Source of the DNA: Octopus vulgaris
Lineage: Eukaryota
Length of the DNA stretch: 64,000 nt
Assembly: GCA_951406725.2 (NCBI GenBank)
Contig: OX597829.1
Location: forward strand, 11,222,001 to 11,286,000
Direction of reading: 5' to 3'
Part shown: positions 31,612-43,427 of the stretch, in pieces
Layout: every line of letters begins with the position of its first letter
Position numbering within the stretch: position 1 is the stretch's first letter
Program-made: the position numbers and the translations under genes
The notes under the pieces: generated by a model
Seen by the model: the letters and a program-made list of their open reading frames with translations, nothing else
Databases searched by the model: none
Told to the model about the DNA's origin: nothing

Positions 31612-32020
31612 TACATATACAGATATATAAATATATATACATATATGGATCTACAAGTTATTCAAATATGGTTCCTCAAGTTCATGTGTATTAAGAGTAG
31701 TGGACACAATGTATATATCAAGTTATGTATGGTCTGGATTGTAATATGTGAATGTGTGTTTTCATCTAAGCATTTTCTTCCTTTCAACTTCTACTTCCTT
31801 TTCTTTCTCTTAACACTTGCAACAGCGATGGCTGATTACGTCATTTTCTCTAAACTAGAATGTATAATTTTCACGTTCATATTTGAAGTTTTTGCGTTTC
31901 AATTTTTTCTCTATTTTTTACTCATTCTCAGAGTTGGTGGGCATATAGCGGTACGTAAACCCGAATCAGAAAATCTCTTTTTTTTTATTGATTCACCCGA
32001 AGAGACCCAGAACGGGTCTA

Positions 32021-33031
32021 TGTTGAAATATGACCGTACGTGAGGAGTTTGGGGACATATTTCTCCTCTTGTACAACAGCGCACGGCCGCATCCTAACAT
32101 AACATAACGTTATATATAAGCCATAATACATGTTTATATACAGTGCCAAAGTAAATGAATAAAGGACGCCAAAAACCGTTCTACTTTTATAAAGAGGAGA
32201 TAGATTTTATTCACCGCGTACAAAGGGATTTGTGATTATTAGAGTAGTGTTGTGTCATGATTGCATGCTTATAATATTTGTGTCTGTGTGTTCGTGTGTG
32301 CGACAGAAGTACATAAGGTGCATACAAATACAACAAAGCATAAGAGAAGTCTCAACAATTGAGTTAAAGTGGAGTTATTTTAGAGTTATTTTACCAGTTC
32401 ATGTAGTACACGATAATGAGTTCTATAACAAGATTTGAGTCTCGGAGCGGAGATTAGTTGAGTCACTTGTTGTGCATATTTTTCTCTTGATATAGATATT
32501 CTTTCAGATATATAAACTGCAACTGTTTTTCCGTGGTGAGATTTTCACACTAACAGCGTGAATTGAATCAGTATTTATCTTGTTGTGTACAAGTTGAAAT
32601 CTTCGTAGATAGAGACGATGTTGGTGATGACGTTCTGTCTGTCGCTGGTTTACAATAGCGTCTTCATATTATGTTTGGCTTGGCTGTCGTCTGCCTTTCG
32701 AACTGGAACATGGTTGAGTAAGCTCTGTGTGGTCTCCGACCAAGACCTTAAAAGGTCTTAAGCCGAAAGACGGTGAATCATCAAATAATCAGCCTATTTA
32801 TGGATTTAAGATGGCTCAAATGAAAGGTCCTATCCGAAAGCCGTGATTGGTCAGTTTACACACTGGCGCGAAATAAGTAGAGAGACAGACTGCGCTTAGA
32901 TGCTAACCAATCAGATCAGTGGACACAACAAGGTTAAACTAGCCAAAGATGTTTGTAATCTCATACGAGATCATTCCTAATGTTTTTTCTCAAACAGTGA
33001 AGATAGCAATGAAGATAGCAATATTGCTACA
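32021..33031. mobile_element. Probable solo LTR (1011 bp)
   Basis: TG...CA ends with a 9/11 terminal inverted match (tgttgaaatat / atattgctaca) and flanking ggtcta/ggtcga (6-bp TSD, 1 mismatch). Absent from the intact opposite arm. Contains CCAAT-like boxes. Confidence 0.7.
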
Positions 33032-33242
33032 GGTCGAAACATGCGTCGTACCCAATAATTTTTTTTTACTCACTCCATCTATTTTATTAATACTATATAA
33101 TAAGATTTTATAGTTTGCTTGAAGCATCGTATATGGAATATAATGTTGAAAGATTTAAAAGGCCAAACAATGCAAATAGATTTTAAGATGAGGTAACGTA
33201 AACTAGAAGTAAGTTACCTGGGAATCTTTGGTCTTATATATG

Positions 33243-34160
33243 TATCCACTATTTCAGGACATACAAGTCCCTTCTTCAGGGTTAAAAAGGAACTGTCCTT
33301 GGTAAGATGATTTTTTTTCGCTTTTTTTTTTGTTTGTTTGTTTTTTGTCGGAGATAAAATAATTTCATAATTATATTCGAATTTTCAAGCGTTTCTCTTC
33401 TTCGTGAATGGTAGTGACGTCAATTATTAACTTATAACTCCACGAATCAATTATCATCCCCTCTTTTCTAATATGTAGCAAATGTGTCTGTGTGTGTATG
33501 TCATGTTATGCATTGCGTGCCTAGCTCCAATCTATTATTTATTTGTGGGTTTAATTTATAGATAATCAAAGCCTCCTTAATTCTGAAGTTGCCGAGATTT
33601 CTATCATTGGCTTCAATAGTAACTTTAATTTGTTTGTTGGTATTTTTACATTTATCAACGTGTTTTTTAAATGAGGATGCGCGTGTGTTGTGATGTTTCT
33701 TAATGCGAATACGCAAAGTTCGAGTTGTGCTGCCTATATAAAACGCCTTACATTTGTTGCAATCTGTTCGGTATACTACATGTGTTTGTTGGCACATACC
33801 TGTATCGCAGATAGGACAGTTAGTTAATGAGCCAGCGGACATTGATTATACAAAAGACAATGGGATCTATTTCTGCATGAGCATAACTGTTTGATTTTGT
33901 TGGCTTGTGTACAACGAGCGCTGGAGGGATTTGTTCTGTTCGGTATGTTGGTTGTCAATATTATCGTTTTATTATCACAATTTGTAGGTGTTCTCAGTTT
34001 ATTATTTGAATTGTTGCTGGTGTTATTAGTTGGATGGTTATCATAGATATTGTAATTATTGCTCTGCTGGTTGGTAAAGTAATTCTAGTTATAAACGTTG
34101 TCTTTAGATTGGTCATATGAGTCATGGCTGATGTCAAGATGGTTATTTTGAGAGCGTTCA
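33243..34160 (-). mobile_element. Penelope-like element 3' part: GIY-YIG endonuclease plus degenerate hammerhead
   Basis: ORF 33501-33842 VVYRTDCNKCKAFYIGSTTRTLRIRIKKH..IKEALII..PQIN. Downstream CTGAAGA-agggac-ttgtat-gtcct-GAAA at ~33243-33285. Confidence 0.82.
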
Positions 34161-34821
34161 CAAGGAGTGTGTTAGTTTGATGCTCGGAAAGGAGAAAGGG
34201 AGCGATTCAAAGGAGGAAAAGAAATCGCCAACGGCACACGTATTAAATTGCATGTGTGTGCGTGTGTAAGAGAGAGGGGGAGGGGGAGGGAGGGAGAGAG
34301 AGAGAGAAGGAGGGAGGGAGAGAGAGAAGGAGAGGGGGAGGGGAGGTAGGGGGAGAGAGAAGGAGGGAGGGAGAGAGAGAAGGAGAGGGGGGAGAGAGAA
34401 AATGGAATTCATAAGACTTCAATATTCTCTGTTTGTTTTATAACGAACAGCAAACTACATCCACCAAAATGTATTGTAATCGAAATAAGCGAAACGGAAA
34501 TTCAAAAAAAACAGGTACCCTTTGACAAGTCACGCGAGGAGACATATCTGCCCCTATGATGCATCATAACTATCTGTAAAGTATTCCATCCATGAGGCAC
34601 CGGTGCACGTGGGGTTGAATCGGTCATAGAGAAGAATAAAGAGTCTCGTGAATTCCATTTTCTTTCTCACATATTCTATCAAACACCATGAACACAAAGG
34701 AATCCCTGTAAATACAGTGCCATTTACATCTATACTGTTGATGACATCAGGTTGCCGAATACAATGAGCGGGAATTAAGCAGCATACTACTCAAATTTGA
34801 GATTATTTATGAAGATATATA

Positions 34822-34865
<44 letters not shown>

Positions 34866-34873
34866 CATACACA

Positions 34874-34923
<50 letters not shown>

Positions 34924-35014
34924 CATACCATATATATATATATATATATACATATATACATACATACATACATATTGAAGTGAACAGTATTATACTGTAT
35001 ATCCATTACGGCCG

Positions 35015-35965
35015 ATCTTACAGATCGGTTTCGCGCTAGGGATTCAACGGAGTGTTAGATAACAGTCCAATTATGTAAACCTGCTCTCATCAGAGGTAGC
35101 TGTTACGGAATGAAATATGGCGACTACTTTCAATTGTTGGAGGTAAATAGACTCATCCGGTTTGTGGTGGTTTTGAAAAAGATGCTGAAACGAATCGAGC
35201 AGGGGATTGAGTTAAGTGTTATGTCCCTAGGTACCAAAACATCCACACTGGAGGGGAAGAGTTGTGACAAGCTGGTAAGAGTTTTCTGGAAATGTGTGTG
35301 TCTTTAAGGTTGGTTTTCTAGTGGAAATGGAATTTGTGTAGTGGTACTATATTTATAACCTTTGCAGTGGTGTGTGTGCATTCACATCTGTTTTTATCAG
35401 TTTCCTTTCTTTTATGTCTTGATTAAATTCGTGGGGTTTTTTTTGTGTGCATGCGGTGTGTATAGGGGCACACTATGTGTGGTAGCTTACATTGGGGGTG
35501 GGATTGTTGGCTAGGTGTCAGCGGTGTTGGAAGTGTGTGTTTGTTTGTGTGTTAGTGTATGTTCTGGTCAAACTTTTTACCTGACTCCCAGATATTGGTG
35601 GAGTGCCGAAGTTGGAGGACTGGTGATTATAGTCATGGTGGGACATACAGTATGATAGGATGTACTTCCTTTCGTGTGGGCAAGGGTTAAAAATGTCACC
35701 TATGCTATTCAAGTAAATGCCTGAGTGTTGGAAGCTCTTTAAAATCGCGCATTTCTAAACCAGTCATAACCTGCACTTCCTGCTGTTGAAGTATGTTTTA
35801 CATTTCACCAGAAACTTCCAGTTTGAGCTGTACTGGGTGGCGCTTTCTTTCAAACACCATACGTGCTTGGCCAAGGTTGTGGCGTTATGTCTCTCTGGGG
35901 TGTTAAAGGAGGACTTGTAATTCTTATAGGGGGTTCTGAAGGGACTTTCAGTTGTCCACGTATAT
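35015..35965 (-). mobile_element. Degenerate Penelope-like element 3' end (same GIY-YIG type as 28708-29127) with hammerhead remnant
   Basis: Minus-strand translation TTESPFRTPYKNYKSSF..ATTLAKHVWCLKE..WKFLVKC..YLNSIGDIFNPCPH. CTGATGA-gagc...gcgc-GAAAC-cg-ATC at ~35019-35100. Confidence 0.75.
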
Positions 35966-35970
35966 ATATA

Positions 35971-36175
35971 GCGCGTGGCTAACGAGTGTTAGGTTGTGAG
36001 TTCGATTCTCGGAGTCATGTTGTGTCCTTGAGCAAAACACGTTGTCCACTCAAAAGACCAGCCTTATTACATTTTGTGTCATGCTGAATCTCCTGTGGTG
36101 GTCAGTTTCACAAGCAAGCTGTTTCGTTGATTGGATCAACTGGAACCCTCGTCGTTGTGATCGCCAGAATGCCAG
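35971..36175 (+). mobile_element. tRNA-derived CORE-like SINE, degenerate
   Basis: gagttcgattc B-box followed by tgtgtccttgagcaaaacac. Confidence 0.55.
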
Positions 36176-36246
<71 letters not shown>

Positions 36247-36261
36247 TATAAGTAAGTTTAC

Positions 36262-36671
36262 ATACTCTTTACTCTTTTACTTGTTTCCGTCATTTGACTG
36301 CGGCCATGCTGGAGCACCGCCTTTAGTCGAGCAAATCGACCCCGGGACTTATTCTTTCTAAGCCCAGTACTTATTCTATCAGTCTCTTTTGATGAACCGC
36401 TAAGTGACGGGGACGTAAACACACCAGCATCGGTTGTCAAGCAATTCTAGGAGGACAAACACAGACACACAAACACACACACATACATATATATATATAT
36501 ACATATATACGACAGGCTTCTTTCAGTTTCCGTCTACCAAATCCACTCACAAGGCATTGGTCGGCCCGGGGCTATAGCAGAAGACACTTACCCAAGATGC
36601 CATGCAGTGGGACTGAACCCGGAACCATGTGGTTGGTTAGCAAGCTACTTACCACACAGCCACTCCTGCGC
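36262..36671 (-). mobile_element. tRNA-derived CORE-type SINE (long family, internal TA/TG microsatellite)
   Basis: A-box tggctgtgtgg, B-box ggttcagtccc, CORE-like catcttgggtaagtgtctt; a second copy lies at 39624-40110. Confidence 0.85.
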
Positions 36672-37132
36672 GTGTAAGTGACTTTTCTTAAGTATGATGG
36701 TGTGCAGCTTCCCTCCTTGCAATTAATTTTTTGTAAATATGGAGTAACAGAAACTCTAAAATCCGACGTTTCATTTATACATAATGTCCTGAAAACTTGC
36801 ATGCAATCATCGTGGTATTTCAACTGTACATTAATTCACACACACATGTATACATTAAACATTACATTTTGGATCAATTTATTTAGTTCATTTTTCTTAT
36901 TTTTTATGTTTTATCGAGTTCGTTAACCGAGTCAAGTTACTGACAAATAGAGTAAGGTTCAACGACGAGAAAGGCTGAATGAAACAGATGTCCTGCTTTA
37001 AATTTAGATGCTTGGGTTTCTATCGGGATATGACATTTTAAATGTAACTGCCCTTTCGTGACATACGGAAAAGCCCTCTTTTTCTTTCAGCGTTTTATCT
37101 ACGCTACAATTTTTATTATTATTATTATTATT

Positions 37133-37191
<59 letters not shown>

Positions 37192-37196
37192 TATTA

Positions 37197-37270
<74 letters not shown>

Positions 37271-37294
37271 AATATAATTATTATTATTATTATT

Positions 37295-39790
37295 CTATGT
37301 TTGAGTTTTGCTTTATATTTGTACAAGTTGGCTCCAAGTCTCACCCAGAGACCTCAAGAGACAACAGGTTGGAAGTTCATGTTGTTGTTATGCTTAGTGT
37401 GCCATATATTTGGGGAGTAGCTTTTGGTGTTGTACTAATGAATGTCTATAAAAAACAAAAAAAAAAATTTTTTTTTTTAACCGAAAATTATGTTTGTTTT
37501 AAACCTTGAGATTACATAGAAAGTATTTTGCGTAGGATATGAGCAGTTCCCATGAGCACTATCTTTTGAACTTCTGCCATTTTTGGGTTTCCTGGTATCT
37601 GAGTTAGGTAGCTATCAGCCCCTTTTGCTATCATTCCCAGGGCACCTATGACAACAGGTATTGTTTTAGTCTTCAGGTTCCACATTTTGCTGATTTCTAT
37701 TTCAAGATCTTTATATTTGCTCAGTTTTTGGTAGGTCTTGACAGATACGTTTATATCGATTGGGACAGTCATATCAATGAGGAGGCATGTTCTTTGTCTG
37801 AAGTCTTTCAATATGATGTCTGGCCTATTTGCATCTATCTTTCTGTCAGTTTGAATGGTGAAGTTCCAGAAGAGTGAGATGTGGTCATTTTCAAGCACTG
37901 GGGGTGGTTTGTGTTCCCACCAGTTTTTTTCATGTGGCAAGTCCAGGTTTTTACAGATTACCCAGTGAATATATTGTGCAGCTCTATCGTGTCTGTTGAG
38001 ATAATCTGTAGGCGCTAGAAGACTGCACTTGGAGACCACATGGTCAATGGTTTCATTTTGTTGCTGGCATAAACGACACGTTGGACTGCTTCTGATCTTT
38101 AATATGTTGGCCTGGTAGTTTCTTGTTGGTAGGCATTGATCTTGAGCTGCTATGATAAACCCTTCTGTTTCAGATTTTAAGCCAGAGGCCATTAGCCATT
38201 GATGGGTCAGGGCTTTGTCAACATCTGCATTATTTGCTCTCTTTGGGTATTTGCCATAGAGAGGTTTTTCTTGCCATTTATCATTCAGAATATCTAAGGC
38301 CGTAGATTTAGCACGGGTTTTCATGCGCTTAGCTTTTTCTGTGCCTGTTTCTTGTATGTCTATCTCTAATTCCGAAATTTTTTGTATTCGGAATTCACTT
38401 AGATATTCCTTTGCCTGTTTTGTTACTGAGTATGATGCTTTCTTGTTTTCATGTTTTGAGACAAGTTTTAATATCCAGTCCTCAGAGTTTTTCAGGTAGG
38501 TGTCTAGGCCAATTGTAGTAATCGTCATTGTTATTGCCAGTTGTAAAAGTCCACGGCCTCCCTCTTTTATTGGCAGATAAAGTCGTTCTGTATCTGCCTT
38601 AGGGTGGTGCATTCTATGCATTGTCAACAGTTTTCGAATTTTTCTGTCAAGATTACATATTTCAGTAATTTACCAGTTAACGATATTGAAACTGTAAGTC
38701 ACAACTGGTATGGCTAATGCATTGATCGCTTCGATCCTGTTTCTCGCATTCAGCTCTGTCTTGAGTATTGCTCTTACTCTGCGATAGCATTCTCTCCTGA
38801 TCCTTTCCTTCATCTCTGAATGCCTTATTCCCTCTCCTTCAACTACCCGTAGATACTTGTAGTTCTCTGCTGGGTCTAATTCTTTTATGACATTCTGCTG
38901 GTCAAGGTTAACGTTAGATGTTTCTGTCATTTTTCCTTTGATAAAGGTAGCTTTTGCACACTTATCGAGGCCAAATTGCATTCTGATGTCATCACTGAAT
39001 TGTTTGACAATCGCTAGTAAGCCCTTGAGTGTTTCTGTCTCCAGTTTATGTAGGTTTGTATAGTGTTCGATTTATCTGTGGGGAAATATATGGCATGGTA
39101 GAAGGCCGCAAGAACTTCTTTATTATCTTCCCTAGTCCATTTTTCCTTCTTTTTCTTTTGAGTGTTTGGTGACGAGCATGGATGGCCATCTGTTGTACGT
39201 CCAGCTCCTGTGTGTCGGGAAGATTTGATCCAGTAGGTGATTTTTCAATCAGACTTTGGTTCAATTTTTGGGTACGTGGTCTTTTGTATTCCGCTCGCCG
39301 ACCATTGCGGATTGTAGGTTGTTTTGTTGACATTGAAGCATGACGAGCTTCGACTCTTACATTAATAGACGGATCTGTCAGTTTAGGATTCTCTGCACGT
39401 AAACATTGTTCGTAGCGCAACTTCTTAAGGCTAGCAGATCTGTATTCGTCTGTATTTTTTTTTTGTTGATAGTTTTATCTCCGAGCATAGTTTTCCCTTC
39501 TTCTTTTTATTTATTCATTCACTTTTTTTCCTTTTTTTTTTAACTTATGAAAGGTTCACTCTGCCTGTATTAGTTCGAAAAAATGAGAATAAAATACGAG
39601 AAAAAAAAAAGTAAATAAACAAACAGGAGTGGCTGTGTGGTAAGTAGCTTGTTTACCAACCACATGGTTCTGGGTTCAGTCCCACTGCGTGGCATCTTGG
39701 GCAAGTGTCTTCTACCATAGCCTCGGGCCGACCAAAGCCTTGTGAGTGGATTTGGTAGACGGAAACTGGAAGAAGCCCGTCGTATATATG

Positions 39791-39838
<48 letters not shown>

Positions 39839-40145
39839 TGTATGTATGTATGTATGTATGTATGTATGTGTGTGTATGTATATGTTTGTGTGTCTGTGTT
39901 TGTGTGTCTGTGTTTGTCCCCCCACCGTTGCTTGACAACCGATGCTGGTGTTTTTTCCGTCCCCGTCACTTAGCGGCTCGGCAAAAGAGACTGATAGAAT
40001 AAGTACTGGGCTTACAAAAGAATAAGTCCCGGGGTCGAGTTGCTCGATTAAAAAGGCGGTGCTCCAGCATGGCCGCAGTCAAATGACGGAAACAAGAAAA
40101 AGAGTAAAAAGAGAAAAAAAAGAGTAAACAAACAAAAATAAGAAT
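37295..40145 (-). mobile_element. R4/Dong family A copy A4, internally deleted but retaining the 5' region; SINE inserted near the 5' end
   Basis: Intact 371-aa ORF 37512-38627 (CRLC..H..C, RHD, PD..D..K). RT tail 38670-38981 (MQFGLDKC). Jump at ~39030 to an N-terminal KWTREDNKEVL segment. The 5' limit is uncertain. Confidence 0.85.
39624..40110 (+). mobile_element. tRNA-derived CORE-type SINE (long family)
   Basis: Same as 36262-36671; probable TSD aaaaaaaa(g)agtaaa(t/c)aaacaaa on both sides. Confidence 0.85.
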
Positions 40146-40159
40146 TATCATCATCACCG

Positions 40160-40195
<36 letters not shown>

Positions 40196-41030
40196 ATGAC
40201 ATTGTTTTATGTGTAGTCACAGCGGTAGCTTATTATTATTCTTATTCCCATCACCATCGCCACGGTCAAGTGGTCATGTTCTATAAATAGATTCATCAGA
40301 CGTTGGGCAAAGGACATTTTGGGTCAGGGAGAGGTCAAACCTGTTTACTAGTACCAGCGTTATCTTGAAAAGCAATCCAGCTATATATATATACCCATAC
40401 ACATATGTATATGTATATGTATATGTATATTCACACACGCATATTTTCTGATATTCACTTGATGATTTTTTTTTTAAATTTCTGAGTTCAATTGTGTTGT
40501 TGCAATAAAAGTTTACAATTGTGTTTGGGTAATATATTAAAGTTTTTAAGTATTCTTGAGATGTCCATTTGGAAAAAAATAAATAAATAAATAAATAAGA
40601 TTTTTGCAAAGGGAAGAATGTTTACATTTTCGAATGCTCAGAAAAGAAAATGCTCGGAAATTTTTCTTTTCTTTTTAAAAGTTATGCTGTGGTTTACAGT
40701 TTTTGTAGTAGTGCAGTGTATATATATTGGCATACGCTTACTTCCATAGTTTTTTTATCGTGCATTTAATTGTGTTGTTACAATAAAAGGCAAAGAAGGG
40801 ACGGCAGACTGTTCACACAAAATTGGAGATATTTATGATTCTAAATTCTTTGTTAGGTGTTCGCTTGTATGTGCAAAGCTGTAGATATGTAAGTTCCTTA
40901 GCTTATTTTGAGGGAAATTCAAATTACTCACAGAAAACAGTAGATCTTCCAGTTTTTCCATTGTCACGCTGGGTTGGTCAGAGCAGCGAAAAAACACGTC
41001 CAGCTTCTATCACGTCCAGCCGCCTTCTCC

Positions 41031-41065
<35 letters not shown>

Positions 41066-41068
<3 letters not shown>

Positions 41069-41885
41069 TAGTTTTATTTTTATAGCGTGCTTTCACTTCA
41101 CTACCGAGCACAGCTCTGTGTGCCTTGGGTATGTGCTGTGATTTGTTGTGATGCTCTGATGGTTATAGTATGGAAAGTGTTCTGCGTAGGATGTGTGCAG
41201 TGCCTAGTAGTGCAATTTTCTGTATGTTATATGTGTTTGTAAGTCCTGGTGTTTTTGTTATGTATTTGTCTGAATATTTTTTTATCATGCCTAATGCACC
41301 TACTATGATAGGAATTGTTTCTGTTTTCAGGTTCCACATTCTAGTTACCTCTATTTCCAGGTCTTTGTATTTTGAGAGTTTCTCCATTTCTTTTAGAGAA
41401 ACGTTGTCATCTGCCGGTATTGATACATCAATTAGAAAGCATTTTTTTCTTCATGATCTCTGACAACTATATCTGGTCTGTTGGCCTTAATTTCTCTATC
41501 TGTGTGTATCGGCATATCCCAGAGTATGGTTGCTTTCTCGTTTTCTGTGACCTTTTCTGGTGTGTGCCTATACCATCTTTTTTCTGTTGTTATTCCATAA
41601 TGTTGGCATAGCTTCCAATGTATGTAGGTTCCAACTCTGTCATGTCTGTGAATATATTCCTTCTTAGCCAGGACTGGGCAGCTAGAGATAATATGATTTA
41701 TTGTTTCTTGTCCATCTCCACATATTCTGCAGTTACTTGTAATATTTCTTTTCATTACATGTTTTTGGTAATTTCTGGTGGGGAGGCTTTGGTCTTGTGC
41801 TGCAATTAAAAATCCCTCTGTTTCTGCTTTGAGTCCTGAGCTTCTCAACCATTGCTGGGATTTTTCTTTGTCTATTTCTTTTGCG

Positions 41886-41886
<1 letters not shown>
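41066..41886 (-). mobile_element. R4/Dong family B copy B3, 5'-truncated
   Basis: CRICGDGQETINHIISSC, RHD, RPDIV and KYKDL motifs; (TTA)n flanks. Confidence 0.92.
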
Positions 41887-41921
<35 letters not shown>

Positions 41922-41923
41922 GC

Positions 41924-41987
<64 letters not shown>

Positions 41988-42009
41988 GTTATTGTTATTG
42001 TTATTGTTA

Positions 42010-42059
<50 letters not shown>

Positions 42060-42616
42060 GAGTGAGAGAGCAGTTCATGCCATCAAAGTGACACTGGGGT
42101 AAAATATACGAAGCCCGATATACCCATCATGACTACCCGTCTGATAAGGGTACACCAGGCACATGCATCACAACCATATGTGCGAGACATGGTGATCTCA
42201 TATCAAGATAAACAGCACATGACCTTGCAGGTGGGGCCCAGTTAGAATTTTCTTCTGGTCGAATAGCCCATTCCACTGAAAAAGGTGCCTGAATAAGGGT
42301 TGTTTAAGGATGTTGAAAGAACCACACATGTTTCCAGAGGTGAATTATTCAAACCCCAAAGAATCCCTCTCAACACATGGCTATGATGCTCCCCCACTAC
42401 TTCTGCTCGTGATCAGAGATGCACATATCGTCAGCCACTAAGGGACATGCTCAACTGGTTAAGGTCAAACAACTGACAAGCAAATCTGTGGTATTGAGCA
42501 GAATATTTGCTGTTGTCCATCTTTTATACCAAGACAAAACAATGTACATGATAACACTTCCAATCAGTTAAGATCGGAAGCCATGAGAGCCACTGCCTGG
42601 TACTGCATCAGGGCAT
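42060..42616 (-). mobile_element. Non-coding TAA-inserted element, family D copy D2
   Basis: 557 bp, colinear with D3, followed by a ~32-bp local duplication (42617-42648). Strand inferred. Confidence 0.85.
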
Positions 42617-42662
42617 GTTAAGATCAGAAGCCATGAGAGCCACTGCCTGTATTATTATTATT

Positions 42663-42704
<42 letters not shown>

Positions 42705-42732
42705 GTCATCGTCGTCGTCGTCGTCGTTGTTA

Positions 42733-42797
<65 letters not shown>

Positions 42798-43351
42798 GAG
42801 TGAGAGAGCAGTTCATGCCATCAAAGTGACACTGGGGTAAAATATACGAAGCCCAATATACCCATATGACTACCCGTCTGATAAAGGTACACCAGGCACA
42901 TGCATCACAACCATATGTGCGCGACATGGTGATCTCATATCAAGGTAAACAGCACATGACCTTGCAGGTGGGGTCCAGTTAGAATTTTCTTCAGGTTGAG
43001 TAGCCCATCCCGCTCAAAAGGTCCCTGAATAAGGGTTGTTTAAGGATGTTGAAAGAACCACACATGTTTCCAGAGGTGAATTATTCAAACCCCAAAGAAT
43101 CCCTCTCAACACATGGCTATGATGCTCCCCCACTACTTCTGCTCGTGATCAGAGATGCACATATCGTCAGCCACAAAGGGACATGCTCAACTGGTTATGG
43201 TCAAACAACTGACAAGCAGATCTGTGGTAATGAGCAGAATATTTGCTGTTGCCCATCTTTTATACCAAGACAAAACAATGTACATGATAACACTTCCAAT
43301 CAGTTAAGGTCAGAAGCCATGAGAGCCACTGCCTGGTACTGCATCAGGGCA

Positions 43352-43352
<1 letters not shown>
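42798..43352 (-). mobile_element. Non-coding TAA-inserted element, family D copy D3
   Basis: 555 bp; junctions ttatt|gagtgagagagc...catcagggcat|tttattatt. Strand inferred. Confidence 0.85.

Positions 43353-43427
<75 letters not shown>

Larger units (their letters stand above)
30625..33094. mobile_element. Non-coding palindromic PLE-derived element (~320-bp inverted arms around TA/CA-rich core)
   Basis: Left arm 30625-30946 is the reverse complement of the right arm 31762-32020 plus 33032-33094; each arm carries a hammerhead motif. Confidence 0.8.

Noticed and set aside
34395-34670. Short inverted repeat gaaaatggaattca / tgaattccattttc and a nearby open minus-strand frame
   Set aside because: About 14 bp only, no TSD and no recognisable protein similarity.
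36590-36671. tRNA-like sequence (also at 39624, 14617, 63170)
   Set aside because: A/B boxes run into SINE bodies and no intact cloverleaf is evident; these are SINE heads, not tRNA genes.
42798-43352. Family D as a known snRNA, 7SK, SRP, RNase P, telomerase RNA or HDV ribozyme; ORF 43046-43516
   Set aside because: No diagnostic motifs were found by eye. The ORF has no recognisable domain, runs into the TTA repeat, and has no full-length counterpart in D1 or D2.
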